From a virus (lineage: Duplodnaviria > Caudoviricetes): 27,467 bases of DNA. The notes beneath the pieces are model-generated. The model saw only the letters and a list, made by a program, of their open reading frames with translations. It did not search any database and was not told the DNA's origin. Of this stretch, positions 14,430 to 23,278 are shown in pieces. The DNA lies in IMG/VR virus record IMGVR_UViG_3300048670_000299, positions 1-27,467 of that record; one strand, 5' to 3'. The stretch's first letter is position 1, and every line of letters begins with the position of its first letter. A program made the translations under genes and the position numbers.

Positions 14430-14759
14430 TTAAAATACTCGTTTACTTACAATGTATGAAAAGTAGTGTTTTGGTTCATTCAATTCACTAATTTGAGCAT
14501 TAACATCATTAATCTTCATTTTCTTTTGTAAGAAAATTAATCTATAATCGTTTAAATATTTTTTCATAGTATTAAATATTTCTTCTGATTCTTTACTAGA
14601 GAAATTATTTAAAACATCTTCTTGGAAATTACCTTCATAATAAACGATTTGCTCGCCTCGTCTCCTATTTTTGGTAAAATCTTCTATTGATTTAATAGAA
14701 TTTAGAATAGATGATTTAAGATATTCATCTTTAAACTTTTTTGTTATCACTTGTGTCAT
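14430..14759 (-). CDS. Hypothetical protein
   Basis: 109-aa ORF with AAGGA SD. Confidence 0.7.
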   Translation of the reverse strand: MTQVITKKFKDEYLKSSILNSIKSIEDFTKNRRRGEQIVYYEGNFQEDVLNNFSSKESEEIFNTMKKYLNDYRLIFLQKKMKINDVNAQISELNEPKHYFSYIVSKRVF

Positions 14760-14786
14760 TATATATCCTTCAGTTGTTTATATTTT

Positions 14787-15200
14787 TTATAACTTTAAAC
14801 CAACGTATTTAAGTTTAGGTTGAAAACTATAAAATAGTTTGTTGTGGGCACCTGTATCATTTATCTGTGTAAACTGATAAAGATGTACCATTTCGTGGGC
14901 TAACGTTTCCAAGAAATCTTTTTTACTTTCGTATTTAATATCCATTTCTAATTTATGTACTCTAGTACCTTTTCTTTTGAAATCTAATTGAATTACTTGT
15001 CCCATACATCTTTGATATTTAAGTTCTTTAATTTCTATATCGTTAAAAGGTGATAATTTGTTATCGAAGATACCTTTATTTAACATTTTGAAATATTTTT
15101 TTATATCTTTATATGTGGTTATATATTTGGTTTTTGAAGATAACAATGGCATAAGTTTTTTTCTAATTGTCAAAACTTTCTGTTTTGTTATCTGTTCCAT
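14787..15200 (-). CDS. SprT-like zinc metallopeptidase
   Basis: LNKGIFDNKL, TLAHEMVHLYQ (HExxH), downstream AHNKLF. Confidence 0.8.
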   Translation of the reverse strand: MEQITKQKVLTIRKKLMPLLSSKTKYITTYKDIKKYFKMLNKGIFDNKLSPFNDIEIKELKYQRCMGQVIQLDFKRKGTRVHKLEMDIKYESKKDFLETLAHEMVHLYQFTQINDTGAHNKLFYSFQPKLKYVGLKL

Positions 15201-15209
15201 ATACCACCA

Positions 15210-15548
15210 CTATTTACAATCGTCCTGTATTTTTGTATCTTTTAGTAAACTGCATTTATATGATTTATCTGCTTCAAGTCTTAGTTCTGCGGCCGCTTTA
15301 TCTAATATAGCGGGTAAGTACTTCTGCAATATATTAATACTATCAAGAGCGAACAAATGAGCCACTCGTGCCAGTTCTTGTTCCATCAATTTAGAAGCAT
15401 CAATCGGTTGGCCTGATACCTTTTGTGTAATAACATGGCCTATAACAGCCGTATTATACTCACTAGCCTTTAAAGAGTTCATTGTACAGGTTAAAAACCC
15501 ATATAATGAGATAGCCAGTATTGATATAAAAATTAAAAACTTCTTCAT
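15210..15548 (-). CDS. Hypothetical exported protein
   Basis: Hydrophobic N-terminus; 112 aa. Confidence 0.7.
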   Translation of the reverse strand: MKKFLIFISILAISLYGFLTCTMNSLKASEYNTAVIGHVITQKVSGQPIDASKLMEQELARVAHLFALDSINILQKYLPAILDKAAAELRLEADKSYKCSLLKDTKIQDDCK

Positions 15549-15577
15549 ATATTTATTCTTTGTTGTTTATATGGTAT

Positions 15578-15657
15578 AATATAACATTTAAATATGTCTA
15601 TTACAAGCGTTATTTTGGTTGTTTGTGAAAAAATATGATATTAAAATCAATTACTTA
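15578..15657 (-). promoter_or_regulatory. Promoter with upstream IHF-consensus site
   Basis: TTGTAA-17 nt-TATATT (15606-15578); AATCAAttacTTA at 15645-15657 on the + strand. Confidence 0.65.
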
Positions 15658-15688
15658 ATAGGATGTTGCAAATATACAACACCCTATT
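15657..15688 (-). terminator. Stem-loop, probable terminator
   Basis: AATAGGGTGTTG-TATATTTG-CAACATCCTATT, 12 bp with one G-U pair, right after a stop. Confidence 0.7.
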
Positions 15689-15693
15689 ATTGA

Positions 15694-16209
15694 TTATTTA
15701 CGTAAAAAATCGTCATTCCAGTTAAAAGCTTCTTTAACTACGTTTTCAGTTAAGCCTTTATAAACTAGATTTAATTTTTTATCTTTGATATTAATTAAAA
15801 CTTCAGCGTCATCTTTATGTAATGCTTCTAGCATTTGTATAAAAAGAGTTTCTTTTTTAATTTTAGGTATTGTGCTTCCACCTTTAATGAAAAGATAAAG
15901 TTTTCTTACTTCATCCAATAAAGAGGTATGATCTGTTCCTGCTGGAGCTTCATTTGCCATATATGGCGGAATTCCTTCAGGTACGTCAAAAACGATTTTA
16001 GGATCAAAAGCAGCTTTAAGTATCTGTCTTAAACCTTGACTATCGTGTTTTCTTAATACTTCAATTTTTAAAGGTTTGTCTTTTGCGTTATTTACTTGTG
16101 TAAATATTTCGTGTGCTAAAGGTCTAGCGTTAGTGGCCGTACGAGCCGTTGCTGCCATTCCTTTTTTACTCATTAAGCTAGAATGTCTAGCTTGTTCTGT
16201 TTCTGCCAT
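15694..16209 (-). CDS. Conserved T4-like phage hypothetical protein
   Basis: AAFDPKIVFDVPEGIPPY; KETLFIQMLEALH..DAEVL; follows rnh; TATAAATA at 16333-16340 upstream. Confidence 0.8.
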   Translation of the reverse strand: MAETEQARHSSLMSKKGMAATARTATNARPLAHEIFTQVNNAKDKPLKIEVLRKHDSQGLRQILKAAFDPKIVFDVPEGIPPYMANEAPAGTDHTSLLDEVRKLYLFIKGGSTIPKIKKETLFIQMLEALHKDDAEVLINIKDKKLNLVYKGLTENVVKEAFNWNDDFLRK

Positions 16210-16234
16210 AATTATTCACTCCAATATTCGAATA

Positions 16235-17077
16235 TTAAAAATCACCAATGTTGCTCATTAACGATTTTAGTTTGTGTTCTATAAAATAAGGTAACAGTTT
16301 GGACCTGCTAGGTACTTTATAGTTCGTATAGTTATTTATAATAGTTTTCTCTAGCTCTTCTGGTATGCAAGAAAGGTCTATTAATCTCTTATTTCTCTCA
16401 TAATATTTACTTGTTTCACTGCCAACAGGTATGTTACTAACGTTGGCAAATTCTTCAAGTCTTTTCTTATTAATAGGTCTTTGTTTCTCACCTGTTAAAA
16501 AGATATCATCTGGACTTAATATATTAGGAATACCGTCTGAACGGTCTCCTTTTATAATCTGTTCATGTAAAAAGTTCTTAGCATCTATGCCCACACCAAC
16601 AAATACCTTTTGTATAGGACTATATTGTTTAACATTAGGTTTTGATTGTAGTTGTATAAAATCTTTATCTCCACTTATAATCATAATAGGTTCATTATTA
16701 TGTTTTACTAAAGTAGCGATAATATCATCTGCTTCGGCCTTTTCTATATACATCATTACGTATGGAAAGTTTTCTGCAATTTCGTTTTTGATTTCAGTTA
16801 TACAATTGAATATATTATCCCAATCTGTGGCTGAATCTACACGGCCCTTTCTGCGAGCATGTTTATAATTAGGGTAAATATCTCTACGCCAAGGGTCTCC
16901 TGCGTCAGCACATAATACCATAGTGCCATATTGTTCTTTAAATTTTAAATTAAATCCTCTTAACGAATTAATGACCATATATCTTACCATTTCTTTATTA
17001 GGTTTAATATCAGCGTTACCTCTGGTCTGTGCCATAAGGTTTGATATTAAAACTTGGTTAAGATCAATTAGAATCAT
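16235..17077 (-). CDS. rnh: T4 RNase H (5'-3' exonuclease/FEN family)
   Basis: MILIDLNQ, WRRDIYPNYK, EADDII, ISGDKDFIQL, GDRSDGIPN. Confidence 0.93.
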   Translation of the reverse strand: MILIDLNQVLISNLMAQTRGNADIKPNKEMVRYMVINSLRGFNLKFKEQYGTMVLCADAGDPWRRDIYPNYKHARRKGRVDSATDWDNIFNCITEIKNEIAENFPYVMMYIEKAEADDIIATLVKHNNEPIMIISGDKDFIQLQSKPNVKQYSPIQKVFVGVGIDAKNFLHEQIIKGDRSDGIPNILSPDDIFLTGEKQRPINKKRLEEFANVSNIPVGSETSKYYERNKRLIDLSCIPEELEKTIINNYTNYKVPSRSKLLPYFIEHKLKSLMSNIGDF

Positions 17078-17354
17078 TTTGTTCTTTTTGTTTTAAATAT
17101 TCTTGTTGTTCTATTTCACGTTTTTTTTGCAAAACGGATCTTATCTTATCGGCTTTAATTTGTCTCTTATCTACTTCTAATGGATCGTCTATTTCTTTGA
17201 TAGAAATTAATTTAGCACTCATAAAGTTTTTTACTCTATTTGAGGCATCTTGCTCCGTATCTGAATAAAACCAAGATTTTAATTCTTTGCCATTCTCCAG
17301 AACACACTCAAATTCCCATGCCTTATTCATTGTGTTCAAATACGACTGTTTCAT
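17064..17354 (-). CDS. Hypothetical protein
   Basis: 96-aa ORF; true start may be MNKAWEF. Confidence 0.65.
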   Translation of the reverse strand: MKQSYLNTMNKAWEFECVLENGKELKSWFYSDTEQDASNRVKNFMSAKLISIKEIDDPLEVDKRQIKADKIRSVLQKKREIEQQEYLKQKEQNDSN

Positions 17355-17601
17355 CTCCCATTACTTCATTGTAACTGGTAGTTTTAAATATAAAGTGTTT
17401 TCCGTATTCTTTACCTTTTTTACCTTGTTCATTAGCATATTTTGCCACAGCTTCTACTACATTATAACCAGCATTTAAACCGCCACCCTCACCATATTCT
17501 TCATTTATTTCTTGTGAGTATGATTTTCTATCTGTTAATGAATTAATTTTCTTTTCAACTATAAACCCGTTTTTGAATTTTCTTTTTACTTCGTATGCCA
17601 T
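17323..17601 (-). CDS. Hypothetical protein
   Basis: 92 aa; AAGGAG SD. Confidence 0.75.
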   Translation of the reverse strand: MAYEVKRKFKNGFIVEKKINSLTDRKSYSQEINEEYGEGGGLNAGYNVVEAVAKYANEQGKKGKEYGKHFIFKTTSYNEVMGDETVVFEHNE

Positions 17602-17621
17602 AAATCTCCTTGTTATTTAAT

Positions 17622-17657
17622 GATAGAGGCGAGCGTTATATATTTCTCGCCTCCATC
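17622..17657 (-). terminator. Stem-loop, probable terminator
   Basis: GATGGAGGCGAG...CTCGCCTCTATC, 12 bp with one G-U pair. Confidence 0.7.
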
Positions 17658-17667
17658 TTTTAACTAA

Positions 17668-17955
17668 TTACGCATTGTAAGCGTATGAAGTACCGTATAG
17701 TTTTTTGATACCAGCAGCGATGATCGCTTTTGATGGTGCACCAAGTCTATAGAAAGTACCTTGAGCAGTTTTGTTAATATAAATCATATTACCAGCTGCT
17801 CTTAATTTATCTACCATAGCTCTTGGCGATGTTAGATCAAATTTAGTTCTTAAAGTTTTCCATGATACTGATTTCCCAGTTTCTAGTAACTCTAATACTC
17901 TTTGTGTTTTTGAAGTCTTGCCACTTGCAAGAGCTCTTTTTAATGTTTTTAACAT
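17668..17955 (-). CDS. Basic winged-helix-like DNA-binding protein
   Basis: RVLELLETGKSVSWKTLRTKFDLTSPRAMVDKLRAAG...IY...YRLG; strong SD. Confidence 0.7.
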   Translation of the reverse strand: MLKTLKRALASGKTSKTQRVLELLETGKSVSWKTLRTKFDLTSPRAMVDKLRAAGNMIYINKTAQGTFYRLGAPSKAIIAAGIKKLYGTSYAYNA

Positions 17956-18027
17956 TATATTTTCTCCTTGTTTTCAATTGCTATTTTACAACCTGCGAAG
18001 GCGATTCTATTAAGAATTTCCATAAAT

Positions 18028-18507
18028 TTATTTCTCCCAATCATCTGGTGTATCAAAGTCTGCATCAAAATCTGTCCATCCATCATTAGTTCGTTTAATT
18101 TCATCTTTAAAATCTTTACTAAACGGTTTATGAGGTTTGTGTTTTTCATCTATAACTGTACTATAATCTATTGATGCAATGGGACCAAATCTACTCATAT
18201 TAACATGTACTATTTTATCTGCCAATTTTTGAGCTGGATGTTGAACATCAAAATCTCTGTAAATTAAACCTCTCATCATATCTACTAATAAAGCTAAGTC
18301 TTTTGTAAACTCTGGTTTTTCTGTTAATATAGCCATTTGTACAAATTTTCTTAACATCATTAAAGCAATCTCATCTACACTTCCCTCAACAAATTCTTTA
18401 GTGTTTTCTTGTCTGATTTTTTCCGTTGCTATTGGATCCTGTTTTGCCGTTCCTTTATTGATAATTCTATCGGTTGGAAATAGTATTACTTTATTTTGAT
18501 CACTCAT
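18028..18507 (-). CDS. Hypothetical protein
   Basis: NKVILFP N-terminus; acidic C-terminal tail. Confidence 0.75.
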   Translation of the reverse strand: MSDQNKVILFPTDRIINKGTAKQDPIATEKIRQENTKEFVEGSVDEIALMMLRKFVQMAILTEKPEFTKDLALLVDMMRGLIYRDFDVQHPAQKLADKIVHVNMSRFGPIASIDYSTVIDEKHKPHKPFSKDFKDEIKRTNDGWTDFDADFDTPDDWEK

Positions 18508-18791
18508 TAATTTTTTAATCTTGTAACTTTACCTTCAAAATCTACTAACCCTTTATCATGTAGGTATTCAACTAATTGATTATACCCGCCAATTAAATCG
18601 CCATTAATCTTAATTTGTGGCATTGATCTAACATTTTTACCTATATCTTCATATAATGCTTCCGTTGAAATAAAATCTTCAAACTTTTTTTCATTGTAAT
18701 TAAGGCCAAGGTTTTTTAATAACAACTTAGCCTTATCACAATATACACAATTATTTTTAGAATATACTAAAATATTAGATATATCACTCAT
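18507..18791 (-). CDS. Glutaredoxin (NrdC-like)
   Basis: YSKNNCVYCDKAK, RSMPQI, IGGYNQL. Confidence 0.92.
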   Translation of the reverse strand: MSDISNILVYSKNNCVYCDKAKLLLKNLGLNYNEKKFEDFISTEALYEDIGKNVRSMPQIKINGDLIGGYNQLVEYLHDKGLVDFEGKVTRLKN

Positions 18792-19417
18792 TAGTTAGCT
18801 TTATTTTCAACGTTCTTAACAGTTTCTTTGAACGCCGCATCAGCTTTTTCTTTTAACTTATAGGAGTTAGCAACTTCTTCAATATTATAGTGATACATTT
18901 TATTATATTCACCTAAAGGAAGTTTTAAACCAACCCATGCTCTATAGTAACCTTGATTTGTTGCTGTTACTTCTTGTGCAAATACTTCATAACCTCTAAC
19001 AGGTGTATTTTGTATTACGTTCACTAAAGTTGATTCAACTTGTGATACTATAGTTTTAGTTTCTGATTTACCTAATTCAGTTATAAACTGTTTAGATTGT
19101 TTGTTCATTTCACCTTTGATAACATCAGCGATATCCGCTTTTGCTAACATTTTTGCTTTTTCAATAGCAAGGTTTAAATCAGGCGATACAGCGGTACCTG
19201 CACCAAATAAACATACTTTGTCTGTACCTTTGGACTCTATAGAGTTAAGATTACAAACTTCTTTTTGTTTGATTTGATTCATATACCAAGCAGGAACTAT
19301 GTCTATAGTTTTTTCTTTTTCTGCTTTAATTTCATAGGTTTGATTTAACCCGGTATTAGCACAAGCACCTAGCAACATGCCAAGTATTGTGATTGTCATT
19401 ATTTTTCTTATCATCAT
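18791..19417 (-). CDS. Lipoprotein (LPP20-like)
   Basis: Lipobox LGAC; VPAWY; GAGTAVSPDLNLAIEKA. Confidence 0.75.
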   Translation of the reverse strand: MMIRKIMTITILGMLLGACANTGLNQTYEIKAEKEKTIDIVPAWYMNQIKQKEVCNLNSIESKGTDKVCLFGAGTAVSPDLNLAIEKAKMLAKADIADVIKGEMNKQSKQFITELGKSETKTIVSQVESTLVNVIQNTPVRGYEVFAQEVTATNQGYYRAWVGLKLPLGEYNKMYHYNIEEVANSYKLKEKADAAFKETVKNVENKAN

Positions 19418-19418
19418 A

Positions 19419-19559
19419 TTATTTCACACTCCTATTAACATCATATACTATTTCTTCGGCTTTGTCAAGTCCTTTTCTAATTGTCTTAAAAAAGTCTTTA
19501 AAAGATACGTTAAACACTAGCATATATAAAAGTGTAGCGATTATAATGTTCTTAAACAT
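19419..19559 (-). CDS. Small membrane-anchored protein (46 aa, MFKNIIIATLLYMLVFNV...)
   Basis: Hand translation; TAATG coupling. Confidence 0.65.
   Translation of the reverse strand: MFKNIIIATLLYMLVFNVSFKDFFKTIRKGLDKAEEIVYDVNRSVK
19440..19468 (-). promoter_or_regulatory. Sigma70 promoter embedded in a small CDS
   Basis: TTGACA-17 nt-TATGAT upstream of the lipoprotein gene. Confidence 0.6.
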
Positions 19560-20179
19560 TATTGTACTCTCCATTCACCGTCCTTGTTTAGGCACGTCTT
19601 TCCGAACGATTTAAAGGCGTGATCTGGTCTACTATAATATCGGCAATATTCAGGTGCCGATACGTCTCTATAATAGAATTGTGCAAACATTTCCCAATAG
19701 CTAGGTGTAATTAACCCCTTTCTACCGTCAGCACACTCCAAAATTTCTTTTTTAACAACACTATCTCCTTCTTGTGTAATCTTTACTGATACATAACAGT
19801 TTTGATTAGCACTCTCTTTAGGTGTAATAGTTCTACTTAATTCATAAGTCTGTTTATTATTCAAATTATCTATATCTTTTACAACTTTATTGTATAAAGC
19901 ATTATCGTGTTGTTTTTCTTCTTCGGTCATTTCAACTTTAGGCATAACAAAGGTTTCATTTGCTCTTACTTTTGAAATACCTACTTGTAAAACAAAATAG
20001 ATTAATAATATTACTAAAAAATACTTTCTTACATTAGGTATCACTCTTTTAAGTCTCCAAGAATATACTAATTGTTGTTTAGGTAATAATGATATAATAA
20101 AAGAAATAAAACCTTTTATCATATAAAATAATGTATCAAATAACTCTATTGCATAGGGTTTTAAAAATTGATATGTCAT
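19559..20179 (-). CDS. Membrane-anchored protein with Cys-containing C-terminal domain
   Basis: Start moved to MTYQFLKP (20179); TM helix, then NCY...ECADG...YCR...TCL..DGEW. Confidence 0.7.
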   Translation of the reverse strand: MTYQFLKPYAIELFDTLFYMIKGFISFIISLLPKQQLVYSWRLKRVIPNVRKYFLVILLIYFVLQVGISKVRANETFVMPKVEMTEEEKQHDNALYNKVVKDIDNLNNKQTYELSRTITPKESANQNCYVSVKITQEGDSVVKKEILECADGRKGLITPSYWEMFAQFYYRDVSAPEYCRYYSRPDHAFKSFGKTCLNKDGEWRVQ

Positions 20180-20196
20180 TTTTGATAGTTTAATTG

Positions 20197-20310
20197 TTAA
20201 TTCTTGTAACCTAATATACCACATAATACTATTATCATTACAACTATACAAAATATTACCACACTTTTTTCAGATGGTATTATTATGGGTTGTTTTCCTT
20301 TATTGTTCAT
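20197..20310 (-). CDS. Small membrane protein (37 aa, MNNKGKQPIIIPSEKSVVIFCIVVMII...)
   Basis: Hand translation; ATGA overlap with the upstream gene. Confidence 0.6.
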   Translation of the reverse strand: MNNKGKQPIIIPSEKSVVIFCIVVMIIVLCGILGYKN

Positions 20311-20513
20311 TGTATTGTACTTTTTGTCCATTTGTCATCTAAGTCATTATAATGATTATAAATTAATGGTTCTTTGTTTTCAAGTTTTTCTAAAGTATCT
20401 CTTAATTCATAGAGTTCGTTTTCTAAACTTCTAAGAGGACTAAATTCTAGTTCTTCTATTATTACTTTTTCTCTTTCTTTTAAGAGATTAATTTGTTCTT
20501 TGTCTAAGGACAT
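20307..20513 (-). CDS. Small coiled-coil protein
   Basis: 68-aa ORF. Confidence 0.65.
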   Translation of the reverse strand: MSLDKEQINLLKEREKVIIEELEFSPLRSLENELYELRDTLEKLENKEPLIYNHYNDLDDKWTKSTIQ

Positions 20514-20982
20514 CTTTTTCTACCCACCTTCCATCTGGTGTCTGACAAGCAGTACCAAATTCTACGTTTCTGTTAATGTTACCAATACCAATTAATGGCC
20601 ATTGATTTGTAATATCTACTGTTGATTCATAATCTTTGCACTTAATTGGGCCTTCCATATAAGTTGAATATGTCTTTATACTACCTGAATTATTGGTAGC
20701 CTCGTTATGCCAATTGGTATAAGATGAAGATGAACCTTTATTTAAATGATCTACGAATACTGCTGTATGTACATCATAATCTGATTTATACATTACATCA
20801 GCTCCCACTAAAGCACCACCAACAGCACATGTAGCTGCAATAATAGGGTTATCTGTATATTGTAAACAAGCGGCTGTTGTAGTTACTGCACCAAGAGTGG
20901 CACCTGTGTAACTACGATTATTAGCACACTGATTAACAACTAACAGTAGGAAAAGTAAACTAAATATTCGCAAGTTTCTCAT
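20488..20982 (-). CDS. 17-kDa surface antigen-like (glycine-zipper) lipoprotein
   Basis: Signal plus Cys; GATLGA..AVGGALVGA zipper; NWHN..TNNSG; CKDY; GTACQTPDGRW. Confidence 0.78.
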   Translation of the reverse strand: MRNLRIFSLLFLLLVVNQCANNRSYTGATLGAVTTTAACLQYTDNPIIAATCAVGGALVGADVMYKSDYDVHTAVFVDHLNKGSSSSYTNWHNEATNNSGSIKTYSTYMEGPIKCKDYESTVDITNQWPLIGIGNINRNVEFGTACQTPDGRWVEKDVLRQRTN

Positions 20983-21289
20983 CTTCTAATTCAGCTTCTT
21001 CTTCCCACATTTTTTGTTGGAATGATTTACCAAATACTGACATATAAAAATAATCTCTAGGAGATTCACTTTCATAAGCTTTCAATAGTTCTTCAAAATT
21101 AACATCTAAATTATCGTATGTCATTGGATTAACAGATTTGTTTTTGATATGATCTTTAAAGAATTGAATACGGTTTACGTAAATATCAATTTCTCTATCT
21201 TCTAATTTCTTTTTTGTGGACAAAGCAATATCTTTTTCTTTGGCATCTTTAAACTCTCTAAAGAGAGTATCTTTATCATAAGTTATCAT
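20960..21289 (-). CDS. Hypothetical protein
   Basis: 109 aa; first gene after a promoter. Confidence 0.75.
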   Translation of the reverse strand: MITYDKDTLFREFKDAKEKDIALSTKKKLEDREIDIYVNRIQFFKDHIKNKSVNPMTYDNLDVNFEELLKAYESESPRDYFYMSVFGKSFQQKMWEEEAELEDEKLANI

Positions 21290-21325
21290 AATATATATTT
21301 TTTAGTTAAGTTAGTCTTACTGTAT

Positions 21326-21395
21326 AAGGTAATACTTTTTTGTGTCAATTGCAAGCCTAAAATCAAAGAAATAAGTATTTAAAAACAATGACTTC
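21326..21395 (-). promoter_or_regulatory. Promoter with upstream IHF-like site
   Basis: TTGCAA-17 nt-TACCTT (21354-21326); AAACAAtgacTTC at 21383-21395, 2 mismatches to consensus. Confidence 0.5.
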
Positions 21396-21414
21396 AAGTT
21401 ACTGATTTATATAG

Positions 21415-21516
21415 CTATTTAAAATATGATTCAATAACGTCATTAACTACGTGTTCATATTTCCAACCAGCCCATATTCCTACAATCAGTCCTAGAAAAA
21501 ACATAAACCAAATCAT
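21415..21516 (-). CDS. Small membrane protein (33 aa, MIWFMFFLGLIVGIWAGWKYE...)
   Basis: Hand translation; ATGA overlap. Confidence 0.65.
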   Translation of the reverse strand: MIWFMFFLGLIVGIWAGWKYEHVVNDVIESYFK

Positions 21517-21650
21517 TTTTTACCTTTCTTCTTAGATTTCTTTTCTTTTATCTTTTTTAAAGATGAATTGCCATCTTCATCTTTCATTATATCGTAAGCA
21601 TTTTTACCATCAAAGTAATGGCCATCATAAGTTTTCTTTTTAGTCATCAT
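21513..21650 (-). CDS. Small basic protein (45 aa, MMTKKKTYDGHYFDGK...)
   Basis: Hand translation; coupled at both ends. Confidence 0.6.
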   Translation of the reverse strand: MMTKKKTYDGHYFDGKNAYDIMKDEDGNSSLKKIKEKKSKKKGKK

Positions 21651-21736
21651 ATTACTCTTTGTCCATAAGTTAAAAGTAAAACTAATATAAGAGCAAATAC
21701 TGCTGCTCCTATTAGGTCGTATGTCTTGTTACTCAT
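21647..21736 (-). CDS. Small membrane peptide (29 aa, MSNKTYDLIGAAVFALILVLLLTYGQRVI)
   Basis: Hand translation; coupled at both ends. Confidence 0.55.
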   Translation of the reverse strand: MSNKTYDLIGAAVFALILVLLLTYGQRVI

Positions 21737-21737
21737 A

Positions 21738-22037
21738 TTATACTTTCCTTCCCATTGTTGTTATATCTGAAGCATCTACAACCTGATATGCACCTTTGTT
21801 GTAGGCAATACCAATTGTTTTACCAGCCGGCAACTTTGTAGCATAAGTTCTTTTATATGTATCACCAACCATTCTATCACTTGTAGGTATATAATCACTT
21901 ACTTTATAATCAGGCATATCAAAACCTTTATGGTTATTGATTACTCTACCTTTATTATTTAATTTTAAACCTAACGATATTAACCATTTACGGTATTGAG
22001 TTAAGACCTGTTTTAATTTTTGTTTATTTGTTAACAT
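21738..22037 (-). CDS. Hypothetical protein
   Basis: IGIAYNKGAYQVV...MGRK tail. Confidence 0.75.
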   Translation of the reverse strand: MLTNKQKLKQVLTQYRKWLISLGLKLNNKGRVINNHKGFDMPDYKVSDYIPTSDRMVGDTYKRTYATKLPAGKTIGIAYNKGAYQVVDASDITTMGRKV

Positions 22038-22198
22038 TATTTTTTATTAATTATATCTGGTGTCAACATATCTACAGTATTTACAATGGTTTTACCTGCA
22101 TATACAACTGTTGAACCTGCAACATCTACTACAGCAATAGTGGTACTGCAATTTGTCAATATTAATAGTGATATTATAATACTAATTTTTGCTAGCAT
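22037..22198 (-). CDS. Small lipoprotein (53 aa, MLAKISIIISLLILTNC-STTIAVVDVAGS...)
   Basis: Hand translation; lipobox LTNC; TAATG coupling. Confidence 0.7.
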   Translation of the reverse strand: MLAKISIIISLLILTNCSTTIAVVDVAGSTVVYAGKTIVNTVDMLTPDIINKK

Positions 22199-22382
22199 TA
22201 GTTTTCCCCATATAATTTACCCATTCTTCAACTGTCATACCTTTAGAATTAACGTGTGATTGTTTTTTATAATTAAATCCTTTTGTATCTAAACCTTTTA
22301 CAGTAAGTTCTATAGAATTTGTATTTGAGTTAACCTCACTCAAAATAGAACCTTTTTTAATTTTCATAGTTCTATCACACAT
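22182..22382 (-). CDS. Hypothetical protein
   Basis: 66-aa ORF. Confidence 0.6.
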   Translation of the reverse strand: MCDRTMKIKKGSILSEVNSNTNSIELTVKGLDTKGFNYKKQSHVNSKGMTVEEWVNYMGKTNASKN

Positions 22383-22383
22383 A

Positions 22384-22575
22384 TTATTTACCGTATTTAC
22401 TTTCAGTTTCTAATTGTAATTGTATATCAATATCCGATTCTGCTTTATCCACATCTTCTTGTAATGTATCTCTAAACTTAACAGCAATAACTCTAGCTGC
22501 TTCTGGATCTTGATGGTCTATTTCATTAATAATTTGATTGAGTATCTCAATCTGTATTAGTTCAATGTTTGTCAT
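22384..22575 (-). CDS. Hypothetical acidic protein
   Basis: 63 aa; AAGGAG SD. Confidence 0.7.
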   Translation of the reverse strand: MTNIELIQIEILNQIINEIDHQDPEAARVIAVKFRDTLQEDVDKAESDIDIQLQLETESKYGK

Positions 22576-22593
22576 TATATAGTCTCCTTGTTG

Positions 22594-22746
22594 TTAATAA
22601 TTTTTTAAAGTTTTTTTAATAGTATTAAGATTCTTTATCATTCTACTACAAGTTCTTTTCATACTTTGTAATATAAAAATACATTGTACCATACTTAATA
22701 GATAGATTGCAAAACAAAATCCAATTAAAATATCTGTGATTACCAT
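22594..22746 (-). CDS. Small membrane protein (MVITDILIGFCFAIYLL..., 50 aa)
   Basis: Start moved to the ATG at 22746 just after the upstream stop. Confidence 0.55.
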   Translation of the reverse strand: MVITDILIGFCFAIYLLSMVQCIFILQSMKRTCSRMIKNLNTIKKTLKNY

Positions 22747-22747
22747 A

Positions 22748-23053
22748 TTATACTGCCTCCGCATATTTGTCAAGCATAACTTCGCCTTGATCGTTTTCGT
22801 CATTAATAACTACACCAAGATGCTCTTCTGTTTGATCATCAAAACCACTATCATAATAATCCAATTCTAACTGATCTGAATCTTCTTTAATTAGGTTTTT
22901 TACATTATCACTAGTAATACCACCATATTCTAAAGCAAGGTCTCTTGCTTGATTAGCATCTTTAGCTTTAACAAAATAAGCAACTTGTACAGTGTAATCT
23001 TGCACAACTCTATAAACACTTTTACCAACATCCTCTATATTTAAATATATCAT
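22748..23053 (-). CDS. Hypothetical acidic protein
   Basis: 101 aa; GAGG SD. Confidence 0.7.
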   Translation of the reverse strand: MIYLNIEDVGKSVYRVVQDYTVQVAYFVKAKDANQARDLALEYGGITSDNVKNLIKEDSDQLELDYYDSGFDDQTEEHLGVVINDENDQGEVMLDKYAEAV

Positions 23054-23055
23054 AA

Positions 23056-23247
23056 TTAACCTCTACTTTCCATTACCATTTCATAGGCAATATCATCATA
23101 ATCCATATTTGTAATTAGTTCAATATTTTCAATTTTACTTAACATGTCTGCTGCTTGAGATTGTGTTATTTCATTATTAAGTAAAAGCTCTCTAACAGCA
23201 TCTGCTTTTTTCTCTGCAACTTCTACTGCGTAATCTTTAGTTTTCAT
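23056..23247 (-). CDS. Hypothetical protein
   Basis: 63 aa; AAGGA SD; first gene after a promoter. Confidence 0.72.
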   Translation of the reverse strand: MKTKDYAVEVAEKKADAVRELLLNNEITQSQAADMLSKIENIELITNMDYDDIAYEMVMESRG

Positions 23248-23278
23248 ATTATAGTCCTTTAGTTCAATTTATACATAT

